From assembly GCF_000018465.1 (NCBI RefSeq), contig NC_010085.1:1020001-1052000 (forward strand): a stretch of DNA of 32,000 bases. Direction: 5' to 3'. This DNA is from Nitrosopumilus maritimus SCM1 (GTDB taxonomy: Archaea; Thermoproteota; Nitrososphaeria; Nitrososphaerales; Nitrosopumilaceae). The first letter of the stretch is position 1; each line of letters begins with the position of its first letter. Shown piece after piece: positions 17,921 through 25,688 of this stretch. The notes under the pieces were generated by a model. That model saw nothing but the letters and a program-made list of their open reading frames with translations. It was not told the origin of the DNA and did not search any database. Both the position numbers and the translations under genes were made by a program.

Positions 17921-18316
17921 TTAGATAGTTGTAAAAGAAGAAATTTCAGAAGTGATTTTTTCTTCAGAAATTTCTCCAATGTATCTATATTCATATTCTG
18001 TGTTTAGTAACAATTCTGGAATTTTGACTATATGTCCAGTATGAGGAACAGAATCATGTGAGACAATCATTGAATTAGAAAAGCCATCTCCATTTAGAGC
18101 ATATTCAACTTCACAGACCACAGGGATTTCTGTTTGCGCATATACAACTACGCTATTCTCATGAACATCAATTGCCATAATCTGTTCAAAAGTCATTTCA
18201 GTTTGAACATGTGAATCAGAGTATACGGTAACTGGAGTCATCATGACAAAGACACTACCCAACATCAACAACATTATAAGTATTGTATTTTTCAAACAAT
18301 TTCCAACAGTTTTCAA
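17921..18316 (-). CDS. Secreted hypothetical protein (fibronectin-like fold possible)
   Basis: 131 aa with signal peptide and single domain VVVYAQTEIPVVCEVEYAL...HTGHIVKIPELLLNTEYEYRYIG. Confidence 0.7.
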   Translation of the reverse strand: MKTVGNCLKNTILIMLLMLGSVFVMMTPVTVYSDSHVQTEMTFEQIMAIDVHENSVVVYAQTEIPVVCEVEYALNGDGFSNSMIVSHDSVPHTGHIVKIPELLLNTEYEYRYIGEISEEKITSEISSFTTI

Positions 18317-18367
18317 TAAATTTAAACCAAGTAGATAGTTTTCATTATTGGTTGTCTAGAACAATAG

Positions 18368-18381
18368 TTTACAAATGTAAA
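18368..18381 (-). promoter_or_regulatory. TTTACAAATGTAAA upstream of 18316(-)
   Basis: Full match, 51 bp upstream. Confidence 0.7.
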
Positions 18382-18394
18382 GACAGAATTGAGT

Positions 18395-20071
18395 TTAATT
18401 AAAATTCCATATTCGTTTTTTGAAATAGAACAACCACATTCCAGCAATAATAATCAATATAATTCCCAATATCAAGTTCATAGAATATTCAAGATGTTGT
18501 TTTTCATCAATTTGGTTTTCTGGAAGATCCTGAAGGTATGGATTTTTTGTAATAGGGTTAATCAAAACTTCCGAAGGATTGTATTGATCAGTCAAAAATG
18601 GAACATCAGTTGTCGCGATTATTCCAGTATAGAAGTGCTCTTGTCTGCTTAATTCATCACTCAAATAATCCACAGGACTGTTTTTTGAGAGTTCCAAAAG
18701 CAACAATCTGTCAAACTCGTAAGGCTGATTTGATGAAACTATCATGATATTTTGAATGAATGTGGGTTTTTCTTCAGTTGGAAAAACATAGGATACTGGG
18801 AATGTCTCTTTCATTGTTTTGTATACAGAACGTACCAAAGGGGAGTTATTTCCTTCAATTGAGCCGATTAGATTGGATACAACAATGCCATTTGGCTCAA
18901 GTCTTTTTTCAAGTAATTGAAAAAACTCATGAGTCATCAAATGATAAGGAACATAATTTGTAGCATATGCATCCAGGATTATAAGATCATATTTCTTGTC
19001 AAACATTGAGAGATGTTTTCTTGCATCATCATTGAATATCTGCAGCCGGGGATTTGTTTCTAGATTAAAGTAGGTCTTGGCAACATCAATTACATCAGAA
19101 TCAATTTCAATTACATCAATTTTTGTGTCAGGATATAATGCCAGAAAGTTTTTTGGTCCTGAAAATCCCCCTCCACCTACAAACAAAATATCTTTAGCTG
19201 CAGGATTAAACATCATCCCCAAATGAAAGTACTCAGTATAATCTATCACCAAATCTAGCGGATCACGCATGTTCATAGAGCTGTGCCGCAATCCATCAAG
19301 ATACAAACTTCGATTATCGCCGTATTCTATAATATCCAAATGGCTAAACATAGTTTCTTTTTCAAAAATTAGCATTCCATTGTGAGATATTGTACTTACA
19401 GAAAAAGAAGACCACGGAACAATCAAAATTATAACAATGCCAATTGCAATAATCTTTGGAGATATTTTAAGGCCAATTAGGGAACTGGCAATTAATGCAA
19501 TTCCTAATCCAAAAATTATCTGGTGTACTGTTACATTAGGAATTAAAACAAAAACAGTAACAAATGTTCCAAAAATACTTCCTACAGTTGCAATAGAATA
19601 AAGATTGCCAGACATATTTCCAACTTTTTGCAAGGATTTTGTGCCAAGCTTGATTACATAAGGAGAGACAAATCCAAGCAAGACAGACGGAAGCATCAAC
19701 AGCAAAAAAGTTGCAAGCAATGGAGTGTATTGGGAAATGGGCATGATTGCAAGAGAAAAGTCTACGACATGTGATGCAAAAAATGGCATGCCCACGATAA
19801 AGAGCCCTACTGAAAAAACAATTCCACAAATCTTGTCAAATTTCGGATGTTTGTCTGCTATGCGACCTCCCAAAAAATAACCAAGACTCAAACCGCTTAG
19901 GATTACGCCAATCAGGCTTCCCCAAGTGTAAATTGTGCTTCCAAATACAGGAGTAAGAATTCTGCTTGTCGCAATTTCCAAGGCCATAACAATAGCGCCA
20001 GAAGAAAATGTGAGAACTTTGAGTTTCCACAACATTTCCTGAGATAGTTTTGAATAAGACAGAGAGCTCAT
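18395..20071 (-). CDS. Membrane-fused spermidine-synthase-like (SpeE/class I methyltransferase-fold) protein
   Basis: N-terminal multi-TM domain; VLFVGGGGFSGPKNFLALYPDTKIDVIEIDSDVIDVAKTYF...LQIFNDDARKHLSMFDKKYDLIILDAY SAM-type nucleotide-binding motifs; C-terminal TM. Confidence 0.85.
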   Translation of the reverse strand: MSSLSYSKLSQEMLWKLKVLTFSSGAIVMALEIATSRILTPVFGSTIYTWGSLIGVILSGLSLGYFLGGRIADKHPKFDKICGIVFSVGLFIVGMPFFASHVVDFSLAIMPISQYTPLLATFLLLMLPSVLLGFVSPYVIKLGTKSLQKVGNMSGNLYSIATVGSIFGTFVTVFVLIPNVTVHQIIFGLGIALIASSLIGLKISPKIIAIGIVIILIVPWSSFSVSTISHNGMLIFEKETMFSHLDIIEYGDNRSLYLDGLRHSSMNMRDPLDLVIDYTEYFHLGMMFNPAAKDILFVGGGGFSGPKNFLALYPDTKIDVIEIDSDVIDVAKTYFNLETNPRLQIFNDDARKHLSMFDKKYDLIILDAYATNYVPYHLMTHEFFQLLEKRLEPNGIVVSNLIGSIEGNNSPLVRSVYKTMKETFPVSYVFPTEEKPTFIQNIMIVSSNQPYEFDRLLLLELSKNSPVDYLSDELSRQEHFYTGIIATTDVPFLTDQYNPSEVLINPITKNPYLQDLPENQIDEKQHLEYSMNLILGIILIIIAGMWLFYFKKRIWNFN

Positions 20072-20146
20072 TAGAATTTGAAAGTTATTAGATGAAACAC
20101 AATATCAAGATAATGTTACTTTGTTTCAAAATGTAATACAATGGAG

Positions 20147-20160
20147 TTTACATTTGTAAA
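20147..20160 (-). promoter_or_regulatory. TTTACATTTGTAAA upstream of SpeE-like membrane protein
   Basis: Full match, 75 bp upstream of the 20071 start. Confidence 0.7.
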
Positions 20161-20199
20161 ATCAAACTGAAAAAATAATTTTTGATTGCATTTACAAAA

Positions 20200-21807
20200 T
20201 CAATTTACGGTAATTTCAGTAATCATTCCAGCTTCTGCATGCTCAAGAATATGACAATGCATAACCCAATTTCCAGGATTTGAGAAGTCAACTAGAATAT
20301 CTACAGTTTTTCCAGTAGGAACTAAAACAGAATCTTTCCAGGCCAAATTCTCATTTGGAATTCCATCTTCAGACAAGACCAAGACTCGTTGTCCGTGAAT
20401 ATGTATTGGATGTTGCATGGGATGGGCAGATTCTGGATTGTTGTACAATCTGATTTTTTTGACGTCCCCAACATTTACCTGATAGCCAATATCAAATCCT
20501 TCTTTTCCGGAATTCATATCGCGTATAATCCATTTTGTGTTTTCGTCATCAGACATCGCATTCATTTTTGGCATTTCATCTTCCCATTCAATTTCATCAA
20601 TCTCTTTTTCATGAACTCCCATACTCATTGAATGATCATCCATAGACATTGTTTTAATGTCAAATTCAAGTTCCAAGTCAGGAGGATCAGAGAAGAATTT
20701 TCTAAACTGATCAATTTCTTGGACTATGTCAGAATTTTGTTCTATAGAGTAAAAACTGGAATCAATTTTGTTCAAAGAGGGGGTGACAGAGATAGTTCCA
20801 AGAACATATGTTTTGTCAGATGTTGAATGTGTAATATCATACTGTCCTGATTCTTCAAATAATACATCAATAGTTCTTCTCTCAGAAGATGCCATAATTA
20901 CAGAGTCAACAAATTCTTGTCTTTCATATTCACTTGCATCATCTGCAATTAATTTGATTTTTTGCTGTTCAATTCCAAAATCAAAAGTTCTGGTGTTTGC
21001 AGCGTTTGTGAGGTAGAACCTCACAATATCGCCCTGTTTGAATTCAAGTGAAAGATTTGCATCCCCATTAGCAATCATGGTGTTTCCAAATCGTCCCATT
21101 AGCGTATGAGTGGTAATATCAGGGTCAAATGATTGCAGTTCATTATCCACAATCGAAATATCGTCTAGGAATAATGGAATTTCATAGTCTACAGGGAGAT
21201 TATCGGAGTTTTTTGATTCAACTAGAATATTTCCATACAATCCCATATCCATTTGCATTTCTGTTTTTACATGAGGGTGATAGAAGAAAATTCCAGTGTC
21301 AGGGAATTTTAGAGAATATTGAAAAGTTTCTCCAGGAAGCACAGGGTCTTGTGAAACTCCAGGCACTCCATCACTAGCAGAATCAAGTCTTAACCCATGC
21401 CAATGAACAGTAGTAGGTAAATCAAGATTATTGGTAAAATTTACAGTTATCTCGTCGCCTTGTGAAACTATCAATAGAGGGCCAGGAGTTTGTTCATTAT
21501 AGCCAAACATTTGAAGTGTTTTACCATCAATGTTTTTTGTGATTTGACTTGCAGTAAGATCAAATGTGTCATTGTTTGAAACAGATACAGAGGAAACTGT
21601 TGAAAGTAATTTGGCACCGCCATCAGAGACATTTTGAGGAATTTCACCGCATAGTTTATCCCCACAGACAATATTGCTTGTTGCTTTTCCAAAGCTTTTT
21701 GGGGATTTTGCATTTTTAGCCTTTAGTGCATCTGCACTGTCAATACCACTTAAAAAAATACTGCCAGAAAAAATAATAAACAAAATCAAAATGGTGTAAA
21801 ATTTCAA
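20200..21807 (-). CDS. Multicopper oxidase (laccase/CotA-like)
   Basis: TTVHWHGLRLDSASDGVPG, GIFFYHPHVKTEMQMDMGLYG, AHPMQHPIHIHGQRVLV, GNWVMHCHILEHAEAGMITEI; signal peptide. Confidence 0.95.
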   Translation of the reverse strand: MKFYTILILFIIFSGSIFLSGIDSADALKAKNAKSPKSFGKATSNIVCGDKLCGEIPQNVSDGGAKLLSTVSSVSVSNNDTFDLTASQITKNIDGKTLQMFGYNEQTPGPLLIVSQGDEITVNFTNNLDLPTTVHWHGLRLDSASDGVPGVSQDPVLPGETFQYSLKFPDTGIFFYHPHVKTEMQMDMGLYGNILVESKNSDNLPVDYEIPLFLDDISIVDNELQSFDPDITTHTLMGRFGNTMIANGDANLSLEFKQGDIVRFYLTNAANTRTFDFGIEQQKIKLIADDASEYERQEFVDSVIMASSERRTIDVLFEESGQYDITHSTSDKTYVLGTISVTPSLNKIDSSFYSIEQNSDIVQEIDQFRKFFSDPPDLELEFDIKTMSMDDHSMSMGVHEKEIDEIEWEDEMPKMNAMSDDENTKWIIRDMNSGKEGFDIGYQVNVGDVKKIRLYNNPESAHPMQHPIHIHGQRVLVLSEDGIPNENLAWKDSVLVPTGKTVDILVDFSNPGNWVMHCHILEHAEAGMITEITVN

Positions 21808-21848
21808 ATGTATTTTTTTTAGATCCCATTCATATAATAATCAGTTGT

Positions 21849-21862
21849 TTTACAATTGTAAA
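21849..21862 (-). promoter_or_regulatory. TTTACAATTGTAAA upstream of multicopper oxidase 21807(-)
   Basis: Full match, 9-bp spacer ACAACTGAT then TATTATATG; a degenerate second copy GTCACATTTGTAAA at 21873-21886. Confidence 0.85.
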
Positions 21863-21991
21863 GTTGCATACAGTCACATTTGTAAAAAATTAATTTAATT
21901 ATTACAAACTAATTTTTCAGATGTAAATTTTGTAAGTAGAATTTTTGAGATAAGTAATTAATATCACCGTTACAATAATTTTTTTGTAAAT

Positions 21992-22363
21992 TTGAAAGCA
22001 TACAACATCATGATTGTCTTTGGCATAACAGTCATTGTAATAATTGGAGGAGTAATGGGATTTCCCATTGCAAAGATGTTTGTAGGCATACCAGATTATG
22101 ACATACGTGTTGATGCAGTAATAGATGAACAAGAAATTACTCCAATAGGGCAAGTACTAATACAAAATACAGGCTCTAAACCTCTAACTGAGGTCAAAAT
22201 AGACTTTGGGGAAGGCGAAAAAATGGAATTAGGTACACTTGACGTAAGAGACAGAATGATCCTTACACCTCCATACAATAACAAAATGGAATCTGTAACG
22301 GTATCTGCAGATCATCATATTTCTGTGAACAAAGAATATAGAAATGAAAACTTGCAACATTAA
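21992..22363 (+). CDS. Membrane-anchored hypothetical protein with extracytoplasmic beta domain (TTG or downstream ATG start)
   Basis: N-terminal hydrophobic helix IMIVFGITVIVIIGGVMGF then GQVLIQNTGSKPLTEVKIDFG. Confidence 0.65.
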   Translation: MKAYNIMIVFGITVIVIIGGVMGFPIAKMFVGIPDYDIRVDAVIDEQEITPIGQVLIQNTGSKPLTEVKIDFGEGEKMELGTLDVRDRMILTPPYNNKMESVTVSADHHISVNKEYRNENLQH

Positions 22364-22518
22364 TTTTTGAATTTTTACAAAAAAAATTATCGTAGAATGT
22401 TTACAAGTAAAAAATAAGATGCTATTCCGCCAATTATCATCAATAAAGAAAATTTTTTGTTAGATTGTAATTTCAAATGAAATTAATGTTACGAATTCAT
22501 AATAGATAATTGTATAGT

Positions 22519-22532
22519 TTTACAATTGTAAA
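22519..22532 (+). promoter_or_regulatory. TTTACAATTGTAAA upstream of CxxC protein 22588
   Basis: Full match (16 bp if extended), 55 bp upstream. Confidence 0.75.
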
Positions 22533-22587
22533 ATATTGAGGGTTATTTTCAAAAGGTATTTCAACTATTGAAAATAAAATTTTTGTT

Positions 22588-22794
22588 ATGAGTTGTAATG
22601 GGGTATGTCAAAGATACAAAGCAAAAAAGCCTAAAAACACAAGCAGGTATGAAGCAGGACAAAAAAGATGTAATATTTGTAACATGTATATGAATTGGGA
22701 AGGACTGTATTGCCCTTGTTGCAATATGAGAATTAGAGTTTCATCAAGATATTCAAAACTCAAAGAAAAACATCTTAAGATTCAGAGAATTTGA
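22588..22794 (+). CDS. Small CxxC zinc-ribbon-like protein, paralog A
   Basis: MSCNGVCQRYKAKKPKNTSRYEAGQKRCNICNMYMNWEGLYCPCCNMRIRVSSRYSKLKEK; aligned by eye with 23897..24118. Confidence 0.8.
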   Translation: MSCNGVCQRYKAKKPKNTSRYEAGQKRCNICNMYMNWEGLYCPCCNMRIRVSSRYSKLKEKHLKIQRI

Positions 22795-22802
22795 GATGAA
22801 TT

Positions 22803-23501
22803 TTACTTTTGGACAATTCTTTTGTTTTTTGATCTTACAACTTTGATGTAAGATGATATTTGCAAAGCGAGAACTATCACACTCATAGCAACAAAAGGAA
22901 TTATGAAAGTGCTTTCTGGTGGCACATTTTTGTGGAAAGATTCCGTATAATGAATGAAAAGAAAATAGGACGTGTGAATGGCAACTAGATAAAAAACAAT
23001 GTGGGAACCAGTATGAATCCACTTCCAAGATGATGCCCCTAACCATTTCATTGCCCTATCTGAAGAGGTTATGGCCATAATTGCAATCCACAAAAATGCT
23101 ACAAATCCCAGCGTGTTTGCAAGCCCAAATCCAGGTTCCAGTCTCACCATTCTGCCCAATTGGGGGACAAATTCATACCCAAAGAATTGGGCAACATCCC
23201 AATTTGCCCATCCATGTGCAATAAGAATTCCATGAGTTGTTGCAAGGGCAGCAAACCAAATCCCAAATTCTCTTCTCCACTTGAGCAAGAAAGATGTTCG
23301 TGTCCATATCTTACTTAACGGACCTATAATCAGAGTTACAAATAACAAAGTGTATCCAGAATCGCCAAACGCCCTCCACAATCGCATTTCATCATGCCAT
23401 TCATAGTGAGCTAACCAAAAAACAAAAGTCAATGACAATGCAATAGAAAATACAAGAGAATGTCTAGTTACAAAATTATTTTTAATTTTTAGTTTAATCA
23501 T
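22803..23501 (-). CDS. Ferric-reductase-like / MsrQ-like heme membrane protein
   Basis: Multi-TM with WKWRREFGIWFAALATTHG-type and WIHTGSHIVFYLVAIHTSYF histidine motifs, characteristic of the ferric reductase-like TM domain. Confidence 0.75.
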   Translation of the reverse strand: MIKLKIKNNFVTRHSLVFSIALSLTFVFWLAHYEWHDEMRLWRAFGDSGYTLLFVTLIIGPLSKIWTRTSFLLKWRREFGIWFAALATTHGILIAHGWANWDVAQFFGYEFVPQLGRMVRLEPGFGLANTLGFVAFLWIAIMAITSSDRAMKWLGASSWKWIHTGSHIVFYLVAIHTSYFLFIHYTESFHKNVPPESTFIIPFVAMSVIVLALQISSYIKVVRSKNKRIVQK

Positions 23502-23586
23502 TTTAAATCAATTGATGCATGTATTTCAAACACAGTTTGAAATTTTCATGTTAGAAATAATGTAGGTACATACTTAATGATAATAG

Positions 23587-23600
23587 CTTACAATTGTAAA
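23587..23600 (-). promoter_or_regulatory. CTTACAATTGTAAA upstream of ferric-reductase-like gene
   Basis: 11/12 match; 9-bp spacer CTATTATCA then TTAAGTATG on minus strand. Confidence 0.8.
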
Positions 23601-23603
23601 ATA

Positions 23604-23813
23604 TCAAGTAGTAAGTTCAGGTTTGATACTCCATACAATTGCCAACATTACAAACGGAATTGACATTATGCCAATTATTCCCAAGATAGTAAGAAAAGAC
23701 GATTCAGAAACATCAGGATTGTTAATTATCCACGGTAATGGTAATGAAATGATAAACCAAATCACTGCAAGCAAAATATACATTTTTGTTTTTTTATTTA
23801 GATTCAATATCAT
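23604..23813 (-). CDS. Small two-TM membrane protein
   Basis: 69 aa, two hydrophobic segments; palindrome + TATA-like element immediately upstream. Confidence 0.6.
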   Translation of the reverse strand: MILNLNKKTKMYILLAVIWFIISLPLPWIINNPDVSESSFLTILGIIGIMSIPFVMLAIVWSIKPELTT

Positions 23814-23845
23814 AGTTACAGGGATTGGATATTAATTCGATGTGC

Positions 23846-23859
23846 TTTACAATTGTAAC
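23846..23859. promoter_or_regulatory. TTTACAATTGTAAC bidirectional site between 23813(-) and 23897(+)
   Basis: 11/12 match; + side: ATCCACTAG/TTAAGTATC; - side: GCACATCGA/ATTAATATC, both 9-bp spacers. Confidence 0.85.
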
Positions 23860-23896
23860 ATCCACTAGTTAAGTATCAAAAAAATACAAAGCCAGC

Positions 23897-24118
23897 ATGG
23901 CAACCGTATGTAAAGGAATTTGTGTTAGATTTAGAGCGACAGGGTATGTAGGAAAGCACAGATATGAAAAGGGACAAAAAAGATGTCCGGTGTGCGAGAT
24001 ATTTATGACGTATCCAGAAGTAAGATGCCCCTGTTGTAGTATCAAACTAAGAGTTACACCTAGAGGAAACAAGGCTAGAAAGGAAATTCAGAAAAAAAGA
24101 AATTATGTTTGGCATTAA
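23897..24118 (+). CDS. Small CxxC zinc-ribbon-like protein, paralog B
   Basis: MATVCKGICVRFRATGYVGKHRYEKGQKRCPVCEIFMTYPEVRCPCCSIKLRVTPRGNKARKEIQKK; shares GVC/GIC, RYExGQKRCxxC, CPCCxxxxRV with 22588..22794. Confidence 0.85.
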   Translation: MATVCKGICVRFRATGYVGKHRYEKGQKRCPVCEIFMTYPEVRCPCCSIKLRVTPRGNKARKEIQKKRNYVWH

Positions 24119-24795
24119 TCCTGGAATCTATCAACAACTTCTTCAAACAACACTCTTGGAATTCCACCTTTGAAAACATGTTCCTCTCCTTTGAAATTGA
24201 CAATCTTGAATAAAGGAATTTTTTCAACGCCAAGACTATTTGTGTAATCAATATTAGATTGAATGTCTTGGCCATATTTTCCTGAATCTAAGCAGTTTGA
24301 AAACTGGTCTATATCCAAATCAAGTTCTAATGCAAAATTCTTTAATTGATCAGATTTTGCCCAAGTATCAATTTCTTGTTGCGACACGTATAGCATTTCC
24401 TGGTATTCTGAATACTTTTTTTGTTCGTCTGCACAAAAAGTAGCTTGAGATATTAAAATAGAATCATCTCCTAACGGGGAAACATCCAAAAATACAATGT
24501 TGGCTTTGTTTGTTTCAACAAGTTTTTCTGAGATTTCAGAATAGTTAGTATCATACCAATATTTACAAGAAGTGCATTGGTAGTCATTGAATGCAAAAAT
24601 TGTTACAGGAGCATCAGGATCACCGACTACAGGGGAAACTGACGGAGGTACACTGTTAAAATCATTATTTGAAAGAGTGTCTGAATCATTTTCCGGAGTA
24701 AATTTTTTGTCTATCTCAGGGGAAACCAAGCTGTGCAACAAAAATATGATTGCAATAATAATTGCACCTATGATAATTTTTTTGCTTAATTTCAT
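24115..24795 (-). CDS. DsbA/thioredoxin-4-like extracytoplasmic oxidoreductase (CTSC active site)
   Basis: DPDAPVTIFAFNDYQCTSCKYWYDTNY...ATFCADEQKKYSEYQEMLY...VEKIPLFKIVNFKGEEHVFKGG; N-terminal TM. Confidence 0.9.
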   Translation of the reverse strand: MKLSKKIIIGAIIIAIIFLLHSLVSPEIDKKFTPENDSDTLSNNDFNSVPPSVSPVVGDPDAPVTIFAFNDYQCTSCKYWYDTNYSEISEKLVETNKANIVFLDVSPLGDDSILISQATFCADEQKKYSEYQEMLYVSQQEIDTWAKSDQLKNFALELDLDIDQFSNCLDSGKYGQDIQSNIDYTNSLGVEKIPLFKIVNFKGEEHVFKGGIPRVLFEEVVDRFQD

Positions 24796-24799
24796 GATA

Positions 24800-25402
24800 T
24801 TAATTCATAGATTGCATCATTGGGTGATTAGACATAAGAACTTGCATTTCATCCATGTGGCTTTGCATCAGTTCTGTCATTTTCATATTAAATTCATCAT
24901 CTGTTAAATCCGAAGACAGTAATTCTTGCATTTCAGAGACATGTTTTGACATTATCTGAATCATTTCTTCCCTTGTTTCAGGATCTTGCATCATTTGCAT
25001 CATCATTTCCTGATTCATCATCATGCCTTGTCCCATCATATCTGAATTCATCATTTGATCATTATCCATCATGGATTTCATCATGTTTTGGTTTTGCATC
25101 ATCATATCCATCATCTGTGGTCGCATCTGAGGATCGTTCATCATTCTATCCATCATAGGTCCCATCATCATTTCCATGTGTTGAGGGTCATTAAGCATCA
25201 TATCGTGTATCTCATTCATTGTTTCAGGATCATTCATCATATTTCCCATCCATTGATTCATTAATTGAGGATCATTCATCATTTGGTTTTGCATGGGCAT
25301 ATTTCCAGTCATCATGGAATTAGCGGAAATTCCCAATCCCACAAGTAAACCTACTAAAAATACCCCTACAGTAATTCCTATCCATAAAGTTTGGTTAGCC
25401 AT
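24800..25402 (-). CDS. Extremely methionine-rich membrane-anchored protein, probable Cu(I) binder
   Basis: N-terminal TM then MTGNMPMQNQMMNDPQLMNQWMGNMMNDPETMNEIHDMMLNDPQHMEMMMGPMMDRMMNDPQMRPQMMDMMMQNQ...; 4 bp upstream of the DsbA gene (operon). Confidence 0.85.
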   Translation of the reverse strand: MANQTLWIGITVGVFLVGLLVGLGISANSMMTGNMPMQNQMMNDPQLMNQWMGNMMNDPETMNEIHDMMLNDPQHMEMMMGPMMDRMMNDPQMRPQMMDMMMQNQNMMKSMMDNDQMMNSDMMGQGMMMNQEMMMQMMQDPETREEMIQIMSKHVSEMQELLSSDLTDDEFNMKMTELMQSHMDEMQVLMSNHPMMQSMN

Positions 25403-25441
25403 ATGGGAAAATTAGAAATGTTATGTATTAAAAAAGAGTAC

Positions 25442-25455
25442 TTTACAATTGTAAA
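25442..25455 (-). promoter_or_regulatory. TTTACAATTGTAAA upstream of Met-rich/DsbA operon
   Basis: Full match; 9-bp spacer GTACTCTTT then TTTAATACA. Confidence 0.85.
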
Positions 25456-25477
25456 AATCTAATCCATTAATGAAAAA

Positions 25478-25526
25478 AATATTTTGAAGGAGGTGTGCTA
25501 GAGGCAAAAGTCTCCTTCAAAATATT
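25478..25526 (-). ncRNA. Candidate small RNA 3' hairpin: 15-bp perfect inverted repeat followed (minus strand) by a T-run
   Basis: AATATTTTGAAGGAG (25478-25492) / CTCCTTCAAAATATT (25512-25526), 19-nt loop; the minus strand continues into TTTTTTTCATT; a regulated promoter lies at 25583-25614. Confidence 0.5.
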
Positions 25527-25600
25527 GCTCTATAGATTGGGAATCAAAACAAACTACAGGCACATGTTCTGTAAACAAAATAGATACTTAACCAATATAG

Positions 25601-25614
25601 TTTACACTTGTAAA
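25601..25614 (-). promoter_or_regulatory. TTTACACTTGTAAA with minus-facing TATA-like element, no annotated gene downstream
   Basis: Full match; minus-strand 9-bp spacer CTATATTGG then TTAAGTATC (25583-25591). Confidence 0.8.
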
Positions 25615-25636
25615 ACAAAACGATACTCAAGGAAAT

Positions 25637-25650
25637 ATTACGATTGTAAA
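25637..25650 (+). promoter_or_regulatory. ATTACGATTGTAAA upstream of cupredoxin 25689
   Basis: 10/12 match; 9-bp spacer GTGTATTTG then TTAAATATC. Confidence 0.8.
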
Positions 25651-25688
25651 GTGTATTTGTTAAATATCAACTTTCAACAATTCAAACG

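Noticed and set aside
20389-21713. Antisense/overlapping ORFs over the multicopper oxidase (20389+, 20632+, 20768+, 21129+, 21471-)
   Set aside because: They overlap a well-supported MCO and have no domains or start context.
22400-22413. TTTACAAGTAAAAA as another regulon site
   Set aside because: It lacks the TGTAAA half-site and has no gene in appropriate position.
24587-25264. Plus-strand ORFs rich in His/Ile/Ser (24587+, 24946+, 25055+) opposite the DsbA and Met-rich genes
   Set aside because: The His-rich look (e.g. MIIIHHGFHHVLVLHHHIHH) is the reverse complement of ATG/Met repeats in the real gene, not a metal-binding protein.
24800-25402. Repetitive CAT/ATC pattern that could be read as a DNA tandem repeat or CRISPR-like array
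   Set aside because: Units are irregular and in frame with Met-rich coding; no constant repeat plus unique spacer structure.
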